The position numbers and the translations under genes were made by a program. Positions 36,592 through 47,759 of a DNA stretch of 64,000 nucleotides are shown here, in pieces (position 1 is the first letter of the stretch; each line of letters opens with the position of its first letter). This DNA comes from an uncultured Gemmataceae bacterium (lineage in GTDB: Bacteria > Planctomycetota > Planctomycetia > Gemmatales > Gemmataceae). The stretch lies in contig CAVVPN010000004.1 in the NCBI GenBank assembly GCA_963750165.1, positions 160,001-224,000 of the forward strand. The letters run 5' to 3'. Under the pieces are notes generated by a model. The model was not told the origin of the DNA and did no database searches. It was given only the letters and a program-made list of their open reading frames with translations.

Positions 36592-38230
36592 ATGGCATCC
36601 AAGGCGATCCGGCCCAGGCGGGACGAGGGCCCGCTGGCGAGCGGCTGGCAGACCATCCGCGAAAGCACCCCTCGGTGATGCGTGAAGAGGCGTCCTCGGG
36701 GCCGCGCTACGTGGCCCTGGTCGGCCTGATGGGCATCGCCCTCGGCGCCGCCGCCATCCTCCGCGACGCTGGCCCGGCGTTCCTGCGTGGGCCCTACCTG
36801 ATCGGCAGCGGCTGGGGCACCCTCTTTTTTCTCCTGGGCTTTTGCGGTCTGCTGTACCACGCCGCCAGCGAAAAGGATCTCCAGTACCGCCGCGTCTACG
36901 CCATGCTCGGCGTGCTGTTCTGGGTGATCGGCGTCGGTCTGCGACTGCTGCCCTACGAGTACGCCGGGACGCGGATGTGGGGCGGCCTGTGGCTGGCCTA
37001 CGGCAGTCCCGCCATGCTGCTGGCCCTCGGCTTTCTGGCGGCCTACACGCGCCACGAGACCGACGAAAAGGTCCGCTTCTACTTCACCAACCTCATCGCC
37101 TTCACCGGCATCGCCCTGGCCCTGCTGGGCGCCGTCGTCGGCTACTTCAGCGAAGCCTTCCTGGTGACGCACGGTCTGGCGGCGCTGCTGCTGGGTCTGC
37201 TCTACCTGGGCGTCTTCGTCGGCCTGGAGGGCACCGCCAGCCCGCGCGGCTACTACGGCGGTCTGGCGCTCTCCCTGCTGGGCGGTGTCATGTTCGCCGC
37301 CGCGCTGATCCGCTCCGTCGGCCCGTTCGTGCTGTACTGGATCCATCTGCGCAGCTCGATGCCGACCGACAACTTCACGATGCCCTCCGGCCTGGTGCTC
37401 ATGTATGCCGGCCTGGAATACCTGGCGATGGGCTGGCTGATCTGCTCCGACCGGCCCCTGGCGGTGCTCACCCGCCGCGAACTGGCCTCCTACTTTTACT
37501 CGCCGATCGCCTACGTCGTCATCGTCGGCATGGCGGTCATTGGCTGGTTCATGTACGCCCAGTTCGTCGGCCGCATCATGGAGGCTTCCGAGCAGGTGGC
37601 CATCTCACCCGGCGGCATGTCCCGCTACACGTTGGAGCCGATTGTCTTCAACTACGTGGTCGATATTTTTCCGATCATCTGCGTCATCTTCATCGTGCCC
37701 GTGCTGACCATGCGGCAGCTGAGCGAGGAGCGGCGCACCGGCACCCTGGAGGTGCTGCTGACCGCCCCGGTGAGCGAGACGCCGGTGGTGCTGAGCAAGT
37801 TTCTGGCGGCCTTCCGCATGTACCTGTTGTGCTGGTATCCCTGGGCCTTGTACCTGATCGCCTTCCGTGTGGAGTCCGGCCAGGAGTTTGACTACCGGCC
37901 GTTGCTGGCGTTCTTCTTCCTGCTGGCCGCGTCCGGGGCTGGCTTTTTGGCGATGGGCCTGTTTTTCTCCGCCGTGACGCGCAGCCAGATTGCCGCCGCC
38001 ATCCTCACCTTCGTCGGCATGATTTTCCTGACGCTCATTTACTGGCTGGCAGCGTCGCTGCCCCAGGAAAGCAGCCTGCCGCGGTCCTGGAGTACGCCTC
38101 CTTCGTGACCCAGTGGCTGGAAACCATGCAGGGCCGGCTGACGCCGAAATACCTGGTGGTCCACATCTCGGCAGCGATCTTTTGGCTGTTCGTGACCGTA
38201 AAGATTCTGGAAGCCCGCAAGTGGAGTTGA
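36592..38230 (+). CDS. ABC-2 permease (GldF-like) with long N-terminal multi-TM extension; probable -1 frameshifts near 36670 and 38078
   Basis: RRELASYFYSPIAYVV, LTMRQLSEERRTGTLEVLLTAPV, VVLSKF. The C-terminus ...FWLFVTVKILEARKWS* is in a shifted frame. GGGGAGG RBS precedes ATG 36592. Confidence 0.8.
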
Positions 38231-38244
38231 TCGACCGCTTCGTG

Positions 38245-38299
38245 GGTAGTACCGCCTTCAGGCGGTCTTCGCGCAAACCCGCCTGAAGGCGGTGCTACC
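38245..38299. repeat. GTAG-type REP doublet palindrome
   Basis: GGTAGTACCGCCTTCAGGCGG...CCGCCTGAAGGCGGTGCTACC. Confidence 0.8.
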
Positions 38300-38327
38300 A
38301 ACGAAGAAGCCCGTACGAGGAATTCTC

Positions 38328-40938
38328 ATGGCGACGCAACCGAACCCCGCCGCCTTGCCGACCCTGGAGCAACTGCGCGGCGAGCGCCGCTGGACCGGTC
38401 TGGGCTTTTGCTGGATCGCCCTGCTGCTGGCCCTGCTGGCGCTCTGGCAGACGGCCCGTGAGCTGGACATACCCGTCGTGGTCTACCTGCTGTGGGCCTG
38501 GGCGGCCGTGACCCTGGCGGCCGGCTTGTCCCTGCTCCGGCCGATCCGCGTCGCGCCGACCGAGGCCGAGACCGTGCAGCGCTTGGCCGGCCAGCGGCAG
38601 ACGTTCGGCCTGGTCCTGTACGGCTACACGCTGTTGCTGCTGGGCCTGGCCCTGTGGTTGGCCACCACGCGCAGATTGGCCGCGTTCGGCGAATCGTCCA
38701 GTGTCGTGCTGCTGGCGCTGCTCTGCGCCATCGGCGGGCTGGCGCTGCGCGGCGCTGGCGGGCCGGTTCGACCAGGAGCGGACGTTGCAATGGCTCATCC
38801 AGCGGCGGCCGATTGTGATGCGCGTCCTGATCTTCGGCGGCCTGCTGCTGATGGCGGTCGGCCTGATCGTCCTGATCCGCGCCGGCCTGCCGAGCCTGTG
38901 GGCGACCTTCCCCGTCGGCGGCGGTCTGTTCCTGCTCGGTTTGGTATTCGTCGGCTGCGGCCTGTGGGCGCTGCTCACCAACGTCGTCGAGTTGACCGCC
39001 CAGCAGATGCGCATCCTGGTGTTGATCCTCGGCGGCCTGTCCGGCCTGGTGATCGCGCTCATGACCGGCATGAAGATTTACCAGTTGTGGTCCGACATTT
39101 TCGCGGGCGGCATTCAGGTCTGGCAGCAGAGCGAGAAGGGCTGGAAGCTGTGGACCTGCATTTACGTCGAACTGACCGGCCTGGTGCTGATGTTCGCCAG
39201 CCTGCTGCTGGTGCGCGGCGACGTGCGTGACAACGCCGTCCTGCGCCGCCTGCTCTATGGCTACAACAGCGTCGTCACGGGCGTGCTGGTGCTGGCCATG
39301 CTGGTGCTGCTCAACGTGCTGACCTACGCCGCCTTCCCGCTCACCTTCGAGTGGACCAAGACGCGCGGCCTGTACAGCCTCAGCGACAGTTCCAAGAGCA
39401 TCCTGGAAAACCTCAAAGAATCGGTGAAGGTGTACGTCCTGCTGAGCGAGCGCGACCCCTTCCAGCGCGACACCCGCGTGCTGCTGGACAACTGCCAGGC
39501 TTACTCGCCGAAGTTCGAGACCGTGTACATCGACCCGGATCGCGATGTCGGCGAGTACCAGCGGCTGACCGAGAAGTATCCCGAGCTGAAGCGCGAGCAG
39601 AAGGTCGTCACCCGCCAGGGCCAGGAAAGCGAGGGCCGCGGCCTGCTGGTGGTGTTCGGCGCCGACGAGGCCGGCAAGCGGCCGCACGCCTTCATCCCCT
39701 TTACCGAACTGGGCGACCGCAAGTTCCCGCACGAGGGCAACAAGACCGCCACCCTGACGTTCCGCGGCGAACAGGCGCTCATGGAGAAAATCCAGCTGCT
39801 AAGCGAGAAGGGCAAGAAGCCGGTGGTGTACTTCACGCAGTTGAACGGTGAGCCGTTGATCGACGACCGCCAGAGCGCCGGCCTGGTCGTGGTGGGCGAC
39901 CTGGAGGGCGCCAGCCCGTACGTGGTGGCCGGCGACCTGGGGGCGAAGCTGAAGCGGGACAACTACGACGTGCGCGGCCTGATCTGGGGGCCGCCGGAAA
40001 AGCACCCGCAGTTCAAGGGCAACCCGATTTTCACCTTCGGCCGCAAGGACGCCAAGGCCACGGCGGACGCGGTGCCCGCCGACGCTGACCTGGTGGTCAT
40101 CCTGTACGCGGCCTTCCTGGCGGAGGCGCGCCCTTACCCGCCGGGCGGCCTCAAGGCCCTGGAAGACTACCTGAAGAACCGCGGCGGCCGGTTGATGGTG
40201 CTCAACCCGAGCCCGGTGGGCCTGCTGGACGGCAAGATCATCGACACGGGTGTGGCCGGGCTGGTGAAGAAGTACGGCGTTCAGGTCCAGGACGATTTCC
40301 TGTTGCAGTACAACGAACGGCTGCTGAAGGCCCAGGCCCAGCGCCGCATCTCGCCGCTGTGGGTAACGTTCGCGACGGGCGCCCAGAATTCGAGTAACAA
40401 GGTGGCGCGCCAGTTCAACGGCCCCTTGCTGGAGATGGTCCTGGCCCGGCCCATCCTGCCCGCCAGCACCGGGAACTTCAAGGCCGAGGCGCTCCTGGAG
40501 GTGCGGTCGCCGCCCAACGAAAAAGTCTGGAAGGATAACGACCCGGCCGCTTTCCGCAACTGGCGCACCTACCTCGGTCGGTTGCTCGAAAAGGACCAAC
40601 TGGAGGCCCGCCGCGTCCACGAGCCGGTGCCGGTCGCGGTGGCCGTGACCGACCTGCAGGCGCGGCCGCGACTGGTGGTCGTGGGCGACTCCCACAACAC
40701 CGCCAACGTGTACCTGAGCGGCGCCCCGAACTACTACGATTTCATCCGCAGTTCAATGGAGTGGCTGGTGGAGCGGCCGGCGCCGGCCATCGGCATCGCG
40801 CCCAAGGACCGGAGCCAGGTGCTGGTGCGGCGCGAAGACGTGAAAAGCGCCGAGCGCATGATCTGGCTGCCGCTGGGTCTGATGATGCTGCTGGTCGTTG
40901 GCACCGGCATGGGCGTCTGGGTCGTGCGGCGGCGCTGA
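38328..40938 (+). CDS. GldG-like ABC auxiliary component with N-terminal multi-TM extension; +1 frameshift near 38750
   Basis: EWTKTRGLYSLSDSSKSIL, IDPDRD, VVYFTQLNGE, GGRLMV, RLVVVGDS, SMEWL..IGIAPK and C-terminal TM ending VWVVRRR. Confidence 0.8.
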
Positions 40939-41004
40939 CCGGGTTTGATTTTCTGCGGTCTCATGGTGCGGCCGGCTTCTGTGACGGAAAGGGTGTCTGC
41001 GCGT

Positions 41005-43548
41005 ATGAACTTCAAGACCACCTCGGTGCTGTTCGCCCTGCTGATCGCGATGCTGTTCGTGTTCGGTCTGACGCTGGCATGGAAGCACCGCGACCTCGAC
41101 AAGGGCTTCGTGCTGCCGAAGCTCGCCGAGGACAACACCCTGAAGGTGGACGCGCTGGAGGTCAAGACGAAAGACGGCGCCGACTATGCCTTCGCCCTGA
41201 AGGGCGAGCAGTGGTATCTGACCAACCTGCCCGGTTTCAAGGGCGGCGTCCGCGTGCAGAACCCGCGCATCGAGGAGATGATTAAACAAATCCGCACGGC
41301 CCGCAAGTCGGACGAGCCCTACGTCACCCGCAACCAGGCCGAGTGGGGATTGGACGCGCCGGAGCGGACCTTCATCCTGAGGCTGTCGGACGGGCAAGAG
41401 GCGAAGCTGTCCCTGGGCAAGACCAGTCCGGTCGGCGACTACGTGTACGTCAGCTCCTCGGAGCGGCCGCGCGATGTGCTGGCGGTCCCCAAGAACACGA
41501 TCAACGACCTGTTCTTCAAGGACATCAACGAGCTGCGCTCGCGGCAGTTGTTGGAGGTAAACGAGAATACCGCCCAGGAGGTGGACCTGCGCGAGAAGGT
41601 GGGCGGCAAGTCGCACGTGCTGATTCTGAAGAAGAACCAGGAGGCACTGTGGCACTTCGTGGAGCCGAAGCTCGGCCCGGCGGACTTCGAGGGCGACCTG
41701 AGCAAGCCACTGGAGCCGGGGGCGCGCCAGGTCCGCAGTGTCAAGGACCTGCTGACCATCCTGGGCGCCATCGTGGTCGAGGACTTCGAGCCGGCCGGCC
41801 GACAGCCGTTTGATGCGAACAACGCCCTGCTCACGATCACCGTCCAGCGCGAGGTCGGCAAGGGCACCACCAAGGAGACGCTGTACATCGGCCCAAAGGT
41901 TTCCGGTCAGGACAAGGAGAAAGGACAGTATTACGCCCGGTTGTCCACCGACGAAGGTGTGGTCCGCGTCAGTGCCGCCCGCATCGATCCGTTGCTGAAG
42001 GTGGTGGACGATCCCGCGAAGTTGCGCAGCCATGACCTGACGCAGCTCAGCCTGGCGCGGCCGCCGGATCGCATCCAGATCCGCAAGGGCCCGGGACTCA
42101 AGGAGGAAATCAACCTGTACCGGCCGGGCAATGACTGGGAGGTGGTGACGCCGAGCAAGCGCATGAAGGCCAACCAGCAGGCCGTCGGCGAGCAGGGCCT
42201 GATCGGGGCGTTGCAAGGCAAACGGCAGATCAAGACCTTTTTGGACGACCCCAGGCAGAGCGACGAACAACTTGGTCTGGACGCCGCCAAGCCTGGCCCG
42301 AACGGCCCCGAGGCGGTGGTGGAGGTGTTCGAGAACAGCCTGGAGTTCCCGAAGGCGAACGACACCAAGGAGAAGGACAAGGGCAAGAGCAAAGGCAAGG
42401 AGAAAGACAAGGGGGTAGCGCAGCCCAACCCGAAGGCGAAGCCGGTGGTGACACTGACGTTCAGCAGGGAAGACAAGAGTGAGGTGAAGGTCAAGCGCGT
42501 GACGGCGGACGGCGGCGTGACGCGCTTCACCATGACCGCGGACGTGCTGGACAAGGTGACGCAGGGGCCGCTGGCGTACCTGGACACGACCCTGCCGACG
42601 CTGCCGGAATCAATCGCCAAACTGGAGTTGAAGCGCAACCTGCCCGAGAGCAAGGTCGATTTCATCGTCAAGCTGGAAAAGAAGAAGAAGAAGGACAAGG
42701 ACGGCAAGGACACCAAGGAATCCACGGAAGAATGGGTGCTGGAGCAGCCGAAGGACCTGCCTGGTGGCAAGGCGGATCAGCAGAACGTCGAAAACGTGCT
42801 CAACCAGTTGCACGCGCTGACGGTCAAGAAGTGGGTGGAGAAGGCCTTGAATCCGAAGAACCCGCCATACGGCCTGGCCAGCCCGGCCATCACCGTCATC
42901 GCCTACCCGGAGAAGAAGGCGGGCGAGAAAGACGAGCCGAAGCCGATGATTTACAAGTTCGGCAGCGAGGTCACCAGCGGCAAGGACAAGGGCGACGTTT
43001 ACGCCATGCTCGGTGGCGACAGCGACACCGGCGAACTGTCCGGCCTGATCTTCCTGGTGGACAAGGCCAGCTTCGACGCCTTGAAAACTGTCGAGTTGCG
43101 CGACCGCACCGTCCTCAAGTTCGAGCCGGCCAAGATCAAGGAGGTCAAGGTATCGGTCCTGGCTGGGAAGACGCCCCTGGACGGGGTGTTCAAGCGCGCC
43201 GACAAGAGCTGGAACTCCACCGGCCAGCGGGTACTCGCGTTCGCGCCGCAGAAGGTGGACGCCCTGCTGGGGCAGCTGAAGGACCTGAAGGCGGAGCGCT
43301 ACGAGATGTTTAACGCCAGGGGCAAGGAGTCCGGCTATGGGTTGGGTGAGGATGCCCCGCTGAAGATCACCCTCGTGCTGGACGACGCGAAGGCGGCGCC
43401 GATCACGCTGACCGTGGGCAATCAGACGGCGGACAAGTCGGGCTACTACGCCCGCGCCAGCACGCTGCCGGATGTCATCTTCGTGGTGAAGACGGCCGAG
43501 TTCACCCCGCTGCTGGGCGGTCTTGATTTCTTCAGCCGCGGTAAGTAG
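41005..43548 (+). CDS. DUF4340 domain-containing protein (tandem domains)
   Basis: N-terminal anchor MNFKTTSVLFALL; repeated W/YGLxxP and LxxG..YAR motifs; typical position after a GldG-like gene. Confidence 0.7.
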   Translation: MNFKTTSVLFALLIAMLFVFGLTLAWKHRDLDKGFVLPKLAEDNTLKVDALEVKTKDGADYAFALKGEQWYLTNLPGFKGGVRVQNPRIEEMIKQIRTARKSDEPYVTRNQAEWGLDAPERTFILRLSDGQEAKLSLGKTSPVGDYVYVSSSERPRDVLAVPKNTINDLFFKDINELRSRQLLEVNENTAQEVDLREKVGGKSHVLILKKNQEALWHFVEPKLGPADFEGDLSKPLEPGARQVRSVKDLLTILGAIVVEDFEPAGRQPFDANNALLTITVQREVGKGTTKETLYIGPKVSGQDKEKGQYYARLSTDEGVVRVSAARIDPLLKVVDDPAKLRSHDLTQLSLARPPDRIQIRKGPGLKEEINLYRPGNDWEVVTPSKRMKANQQAVGEQGLIGALQGKRQIKTFLDDPRQSDEQLGLDAAKPGPNGPEAVVEVFENSLEFPKANDTKEKDKGKSKGKEKDKGVAQPNPKAKPVVTLTFSREDKSEVKVKRVTADGGVTRFTMTADVLDKVTQGPLAYLDTTLPTLPESIAKLELKRNLPESKVDFIVKLEKKKKKDKDGKDTKESTEEWVLEQPKDLPGGKADQQNVENVLNQLHALTVKKWVEKALNPKNPPYGLASPAITVIAYPEKKAGEKDEPKPMIYKFGSEVTSGKDKGDVYAMLGGDSDTGELSGLIFLVDKASFDALKTVELRDRTVLKFEPAKIKEVKVSVLAGKTPLDGVFKRADKSWNSTGQRVLAFAPQKVDALLGQLKDLKAERYEMFNARGKESGYGLGEDAPLKITLVLDDAKAAPITLTVGNQTADKSGYYARASTLPDVIFVVKTAEFTPLLGGLDFFSRGK

Positions 43549-43554
43549 GTGAAA

Positions 43555-43618
43555 CGTGGGGCAGACATTCCTGTCTGCCAATCTTTCAAAGATGGCAGAC
43601 AGGAATGTCTGCCCCACG
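43555..43618. repeat. GTGG-type REP doublet palindrome (same arms as the element inside glnE)
   Basis: CGTGGGGCAGACATTCCTGTCTGCC-N14-GGCAGACAGGAATGTCTGCCCCACG. Confidence 0.9.
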
Positions 43619-43717
43619 TGCCGCAAGCGGCAGAACGATGGGTCACGCCGCCGGGCGGGAAGGCGGTTATAATACGGGTAGAAGTTCCCCCGGTGACGAA
43701 CGCTGCTGGAGCCCCGT

Positions 43718-44296
43718 ATGAAGATTGTCCACTACCCGCACCCGGCCCTGCGCCACCCCGGCCGGCCGCTGACGAGCATTGATAAACAGCTGCACCTGCA
43801 AATCGGTGAGATGAAGGAGCTGATGTACGAGGCGCACGGCCTGGGCCTGGCGGCGCCGCAGGTGGCGCTGCCGTTCCAGCTGCTGGTCATGAACATCACC
43901 GGCGACCCCAAACAGCCCGAACAGGAAGAAGTGTTCATCAACCCCGCCATCGTCGAGCGCCGCGGCAGCATCGACGACGAGGAGGGCTGTCTGAGCTTCC
44001 CCGGCCTGTTCCAGAAAATCCGCCGGGCCAAAACAATCAAGGTGCAGGCGTACAACCTCAAGGGCCAGCTGATCGAGAAGGTGGTCAGCGAACTGGAGGC
44101 CCGCGCCTGGCAGCATGAAATCGACCACCTCAATGGCGTCCTGTTCATCGACAAGATGGGCGTGATCGCCAGGCTGGCGGCGCGCGGCTCGGTGAAGACC
44201 TTTGAGCGCGAGTTCAAGCGCGCCGAGGAGCGCGGCGAGATCCCACCGGAAGCCGAGATCGAGAAGTTTTTGGCCGCCTTGGAGTCGGGGGCGTGA
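43718..44296 (+). CDS. def: Peptide deformylase
   Basis: GLGLAAPQV, EGCLS, QHEIDHLNG. Confidence 0.97.
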   Translation: MKIVHYPHPALRHPGRPLTSIDKQLHLQIGEMKELMYEAHGLGLAAPQVALPFQLLVMNITGDPKQPEQEEVFINPAIVERRGSIDDEEGCLSFPGLFQKIRRAKTIKVQAYNLKGQLIEKVVSELEARAWQHEIDHLNGVLFIDKMGVIARLAARGSVKTFEREFKRAEERGEIPPEAEIEKFLAALESGA

Positions 44297-45291
44297 TGGC
44301 CGACCGGCGTGACCTGCGACTGGTGATGATGGGCACCGGCACCTTCGCGGAGCCGACGCTGCGGGCGCTGTTTGACGCCGGCTGCCAGGTGGTCGGCCTG
44401 GTGACGCAGCCGGATCGGCCAATGGGCTCGACGCGCGGCTCAACGCGCCAGGTCGGCGCCGGCATGAAGACCATCGCCGAGGAGCATGGCGTCCCCGTCT
44501 ACCAGCCCGAGAGCATCAACACCCCCGAGGGCGTCGCCCAGCTTCGCGACTGGCAGTCGGACCTGCTGGTCGTTGCGGCCTACGGGCAAATCCTGTCGAA
44601 CGACGTGCTCCTGACGGCCAGCCACGGCGGCATCAACGTTCACGCTTCGCTGCTGCCGAAGTACCGCGGCGCCGCGCCGATCAACTGGGCCATCTACCAC
44701 GGCGAGACGAAGACCGGCGTCACCATCATCCGCATGTCCGTCGCCCTGGACGCCGGCGACATGCTGGCGCAGGAGGCCATCGACATCGGCCCGGACGAGA
44801 CGGCCGGTGAGGTCGAGGCCCGCCTTGGCCCGGTCGGCGGCCGCATGGCAGTGCAGGTCATCGACCAGATCGCCGCCGGCACCGCGCACGGCGTCAAACA
44901 GGACAAATCCCTGGTGACGAAGGCGCCGAAGCTGACGAAGGAGCACGGCCTGATCGACTGGACGCGGCCGGCGACGGCGGTGTGCAACCAGGTGCGGGCC
45001 ATGCTGCCGTGGCCGACGCCGTACACGTTCCTGCACCACGAAGGCGCCGCGCCACTGCGGCTGATCGTCCACCGCGCCACGGACCGCCCGGACATAACGG
45101 CGGCCGCTGCTCCCGGCGAGAACGTGTCAGGTCCCGATGACGGCGACCGCATCCTGGTGGAGGCCGGCGATTTCACCGTGGTGGAACTGTTGGAAGTGCA
45201 GCCGGCCGGCAAGCGGCGCATGAGCGCCGTCGAGTTTCTGCGCGGCCATCCGCTGCGGCCTGACGACCACTTCGGCGCTGAGTCGCCATGA
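44296..45291 (+). CDS. fmt: Methionyl-tRNA formyltransferase
   Basis: VTQPDRP, VAAYGQIL, INVHASLLPKYRGAAPI, LDAGD; follows def. Confidence 0.97.
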   Translation: MADRRDLRLVMMGTGTFAEPTLRALFDAGCQVVGLVTQPDRPMGSTRGSTRQVGAGMKTIAEEHGVPVYQPESINTPEGVAQLRDWQSDLLVVAAYGQILSNDVLLTASHGGINVHASLLPKYRGAAPINWAIYHGETKTGVTIIRMSVALDAGDMLAQEAIDIGPDETAGEVEARLGPVGGRMAVQVIDQIAAGTAHGVKQDKSLVTKAPKLTKEHGLIDWTRPATAVCNQVRAMLPWPTPYTFLHHEGAAPLRLIVHRATDRPDITAAAAPGENVSGPDDGDRILVEAGDFTVVELLEVQPAGKRRMSAVEFLRGHPLRPDDHFGAESP

Positions 45292-46649
45292 GCGGCGCCC
45301 GCGCCGCCGCCCTCCACGTCCTGCTGGAGTGCCGCCGCCACGACGCCTTCGTGCAGGAACTCCTCGACCAGCACCTATCCCACGCCGCGCTGACCCCGGC
45401 CGACCGTGCCCTGACCACGCAGCTGGTCTACGGTGTGCTGCGCCGCCGCGGCACTTTGGATTTCCTGCTGCGGCCGCTGGTGAACCGGCCGCCGCACCAG
45501 GTCGAGCCGTGGCTGTGGGACGCCCTCCGCCTCGGTGCCTTTCAACTGCTGCTGCTCACGCAAATCCCCGCCTACGCCGCCCTCAACGAGACCGTCGAAC
45601 TGGCGACGCAGCAGCGCCGGCCTCGGGCCAAGGGCTTTCTCAACGGCGTCCTGCGGGCGCTGCTGGCGCTGGTGACGCCGGACATGGAGGGGGCGCCCGC
45701 GGCGGACGCGCTGCCGCTGGAGCACGGCCGCTTCCGCCGGCTGGCGCGGCCGGTGCTGCCGGCGCCGCGCGAGCATCCGATAGAATACGTGTCCACGGCG
45801 TTCGGGCTGCCGCGCTGGTTGGCGGGGCGCTGGCACGAACGCTTCGGCTACCCGGCGTGTCTGGATCTCGGCTTCTGGTTCGCCGGCCCGGCGCCGTTGT
45901 GGCTGCGTGTCAACCCGTTGAAGACGGATCGGCCGACGTTCCTGGCGGAGCTGGCCAAGGTGAACATCGCCGTCGAACCGGGGCCGCACCCGCAGGCGGT
46001 GCGCCTGGCGCAGCACCAGCCGATCCGCGAGGTGCCGCGCTACGACGACGGCTGGTTCAGCGTGCAGGACATCGCGGCGATGGGCGTGGCCTCAGCGCTG
46101 GCGCCGGCCCCGGGCAACCATGTGCTCGACCTGTGCGCCGCCCCCGGCGGCAAGACCAGCCACCTGGCCGAGTTGATGCACGACCGCGGTCGGGTGATCG
46201 CCTGCGACGTGGACGCCGAGCGGCTGCGGACGGTGACAACCCTGTGTCAGCGGCTGGGCGTGACCATCGTGGCGACGTACCGGCTGGCGTCGCTGCGGTA
46301 CGTGGAGCCGCCGCCGGGGCCGTTCGACGCGGCGCTGGTGGACGTGCCGTGCAGCAACACCGGCGTGCTGGGGCGGCGGCCGGAGGTACGCTGGCGGCTG
46401 CGGCCGGAGGATCTCGGCCAGCTGGTGACGCTGCAAACCAAGTTATTGTTGCTGGCGCTGGAACGGGTGCGGCTGGGCGGCGTCGCGGTGTATTCGACGT
46501 GCAGCATCGAGCCGGAGGAGAACGGCCAGGTGGTGCGCACGGTGCTGGGCGCCATGCGCGACTGGCGGCTGGAGGCGGAACAGGAATCGCTGCCGGGCCG
46601 GCCGGGCGACGGCGGTTACTGGGCGCGGTTGCGGCGGCTGTCGGACTGA
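45288..46649 (+). CDS. rsmB: 16S rRNA m5C967 methyltransferase RsmB/Sun
   Basis: NusB-like N-domain, VLDLCAAPGGKT, DVPCSNTG, YSTCSIEPEEN; def-fmt-sun order. Confidence 0.9.
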   Translation: MSGARAAALHVLLECRRHDAFVQELLDQHLSHAALTPADRALTTQLVYGVLRRRGTLDFLLRPLVNRPPHQVEPWLWDALRLGAFQLLLLTQIPAYAALNETVELATQQRRPRAKGFLNGVLRALLALVTPDMEGAPAADALPLEHGRFRRLARPVLPAPREHPIEYVSTAFGLPRWLAGRWHERFGYPACLDLGFWFAGPAPLWLRVNPLKTDRPTFLAELAKVNIAVEPGPHPQAVRLAQHQPIREVPRYDDGWFSVQDIAAMGVASALAPAPGNHVLDLCAAPGGKTSHLAELMHDRGRVIACDVDAERLRTVTTLCQRLGVTIVATYRLASLRYVEPPPGPFDAALVDVPCSNTGVLGRRPEVRWRLRPEDLGQLVTLQTKLLLLALERVRLGGVAVYSTCSIEPEENGQVVRTVLGAMRDWRLEAEQESLPGRPGDGGYWARLRRLSD

Positions 46650-46688
46650 AGTAGATTGCTTCCAACGAACCCGGAAAGGAGGCTATCC

Positions 46689-47732
46689 ATGACCACCCCC
46701 GTGACGGTGCCGGACGACCTGGCCCCATTGGCGCGGCCGCCCGCGACAGGCCCACTGCCCCTGCTGTACGAGGCAGAGGAGGAAGACTTGGGAGAAGCCA
46801 AACCCCATTATTTATCCGGCGTCATCCTGGCGTTGGGGCTGGCCACGCACCTGGCGAGCCGGCCACAATACGAGGTATTCGCGAATTTGAACTGCTATTA
46901 CGGCACCGGGAGTCCGCCGCCAAGTTTCACTCCGGACGTGATGGTCGCCCTGCCCACCCGGGACCTTGGCGAAGACGTGAGTTCCTATTCCCTTTTAACG
47001 GACGGCCCGGCACCGAGGCTGGTGATCGAAATCCTTTCGGAGAGTACCGCCGAGGAACGCGACCTGAACGTCAAGATCGCCCTGTACGCCCAGTTGGGGA
47101 TCGCAGAATACATCCTGATGGACCGGTGGGGGCGCTGGCTGCCGCAGCGGCTGCTGCTCAAGCGCTTGCAAACCGACGGCACCTACCGCGACGAACGGGA
47201 CGCCGACGGCGGCGTCACCAGTGCGCTGGGGTTCCGCCTGGTGTTCGCGGAGGACGGCTGGCCGGATGTCATCAACGTCGCCACGGGCCACCGCTACGCC
47301 CGGCCGACGCAGGCGGAGCAGGAAGCGGAGGGCCGCCGCCTGGCGGAACTGCGGCAACGCCACGCAGAAGAACAGGCACGCCAGGAGGCGGAACTCCGGC
47401 GCCAGGCCGAGGAGAAACAGCGCGAGGAGGCGGAAGCCCGGCGCCAGGCCGAGGAGAAACAGCGCGAGGAGGCGGAAGCCCGGCGCCAGGCCGAGGAGAA
47501 ACAGCGCGAGGAGGCGGAAGCCCGGCGCCGGGCCGAGGAGAAACAGAGCCTGGCCGAAGAGAAACAGCACCGTGCAGAAACTAAGCAGCGACGCGCCGAC
47601 GAGAAGCGCCGCCGGGCCGAAGAAAAGCAGCGCCAGGCCGAGGAACAGATCAAGACTCTTCAGGCCGAGGTCGAGCGCCTGCGCCAGGCGGCCGCCGAGC
47701 AACCTCCCCCAGCGGACGATCCACAACCGTAA
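46689..47732 (+). CDS. Uma2 (DUF820) family PD-(D/E)xK endonuclease-like protein with coiled-coil tail
   Basis: TPDVMV, LVIEILSEST..DL..K..LYAQLGIAEYILMD; repetitive AEE/R-rich tail. Confidence 0.85.
   Translation: MTTPVTVPDDLAPLARPPATGPLPLLYEAEEEDLGEAKPHYLSGVILALGLATHLASRPQYEVFANLNCYYGTGSPPPSFTPDVMVALPTRDLGEDVSSYSLLTDGPAPRLVIEILSESTAEERDLNVKIALYAQLGIAEYILMDRWGRWLPQRLLLKRLQTDGTYRDERDADGGVTSALGFRLVFAEDGWPDVINVATGHRYARPTQAEQEAEGRRLAELRQRHAEEQARQEAELRRQAEEKQREEAEARRQAEEKQREEAEARRQAEEKQREEAEARRRAEEKQSLAEEKQHRAETKQRRADEKRRRAEEKQRQAEEQIKTLQAEVERLRQAAAEQPPPADDPQP
47397..47546 (+). repeat. 42-bp tandem repeat (~3.5 copies) encoding RRQAEEKQREEAEA
   Basis: CGGCGCCAGGCCGAGGAGAAACAGCGCGAGGAGGCGGAAGCC exact x3 plus a partial copy. 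Confidence 0.9.
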
Positions 47733-47759
47733 CCAGGGCCCGCAACCCAAGAGCATCCC

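Noticed and set aside
47397..47546. Tandem repeats as a possible CRISPR array
   Set aside because: Head-to-tail coding repeats with no unique spacers; no cas genes in the window.
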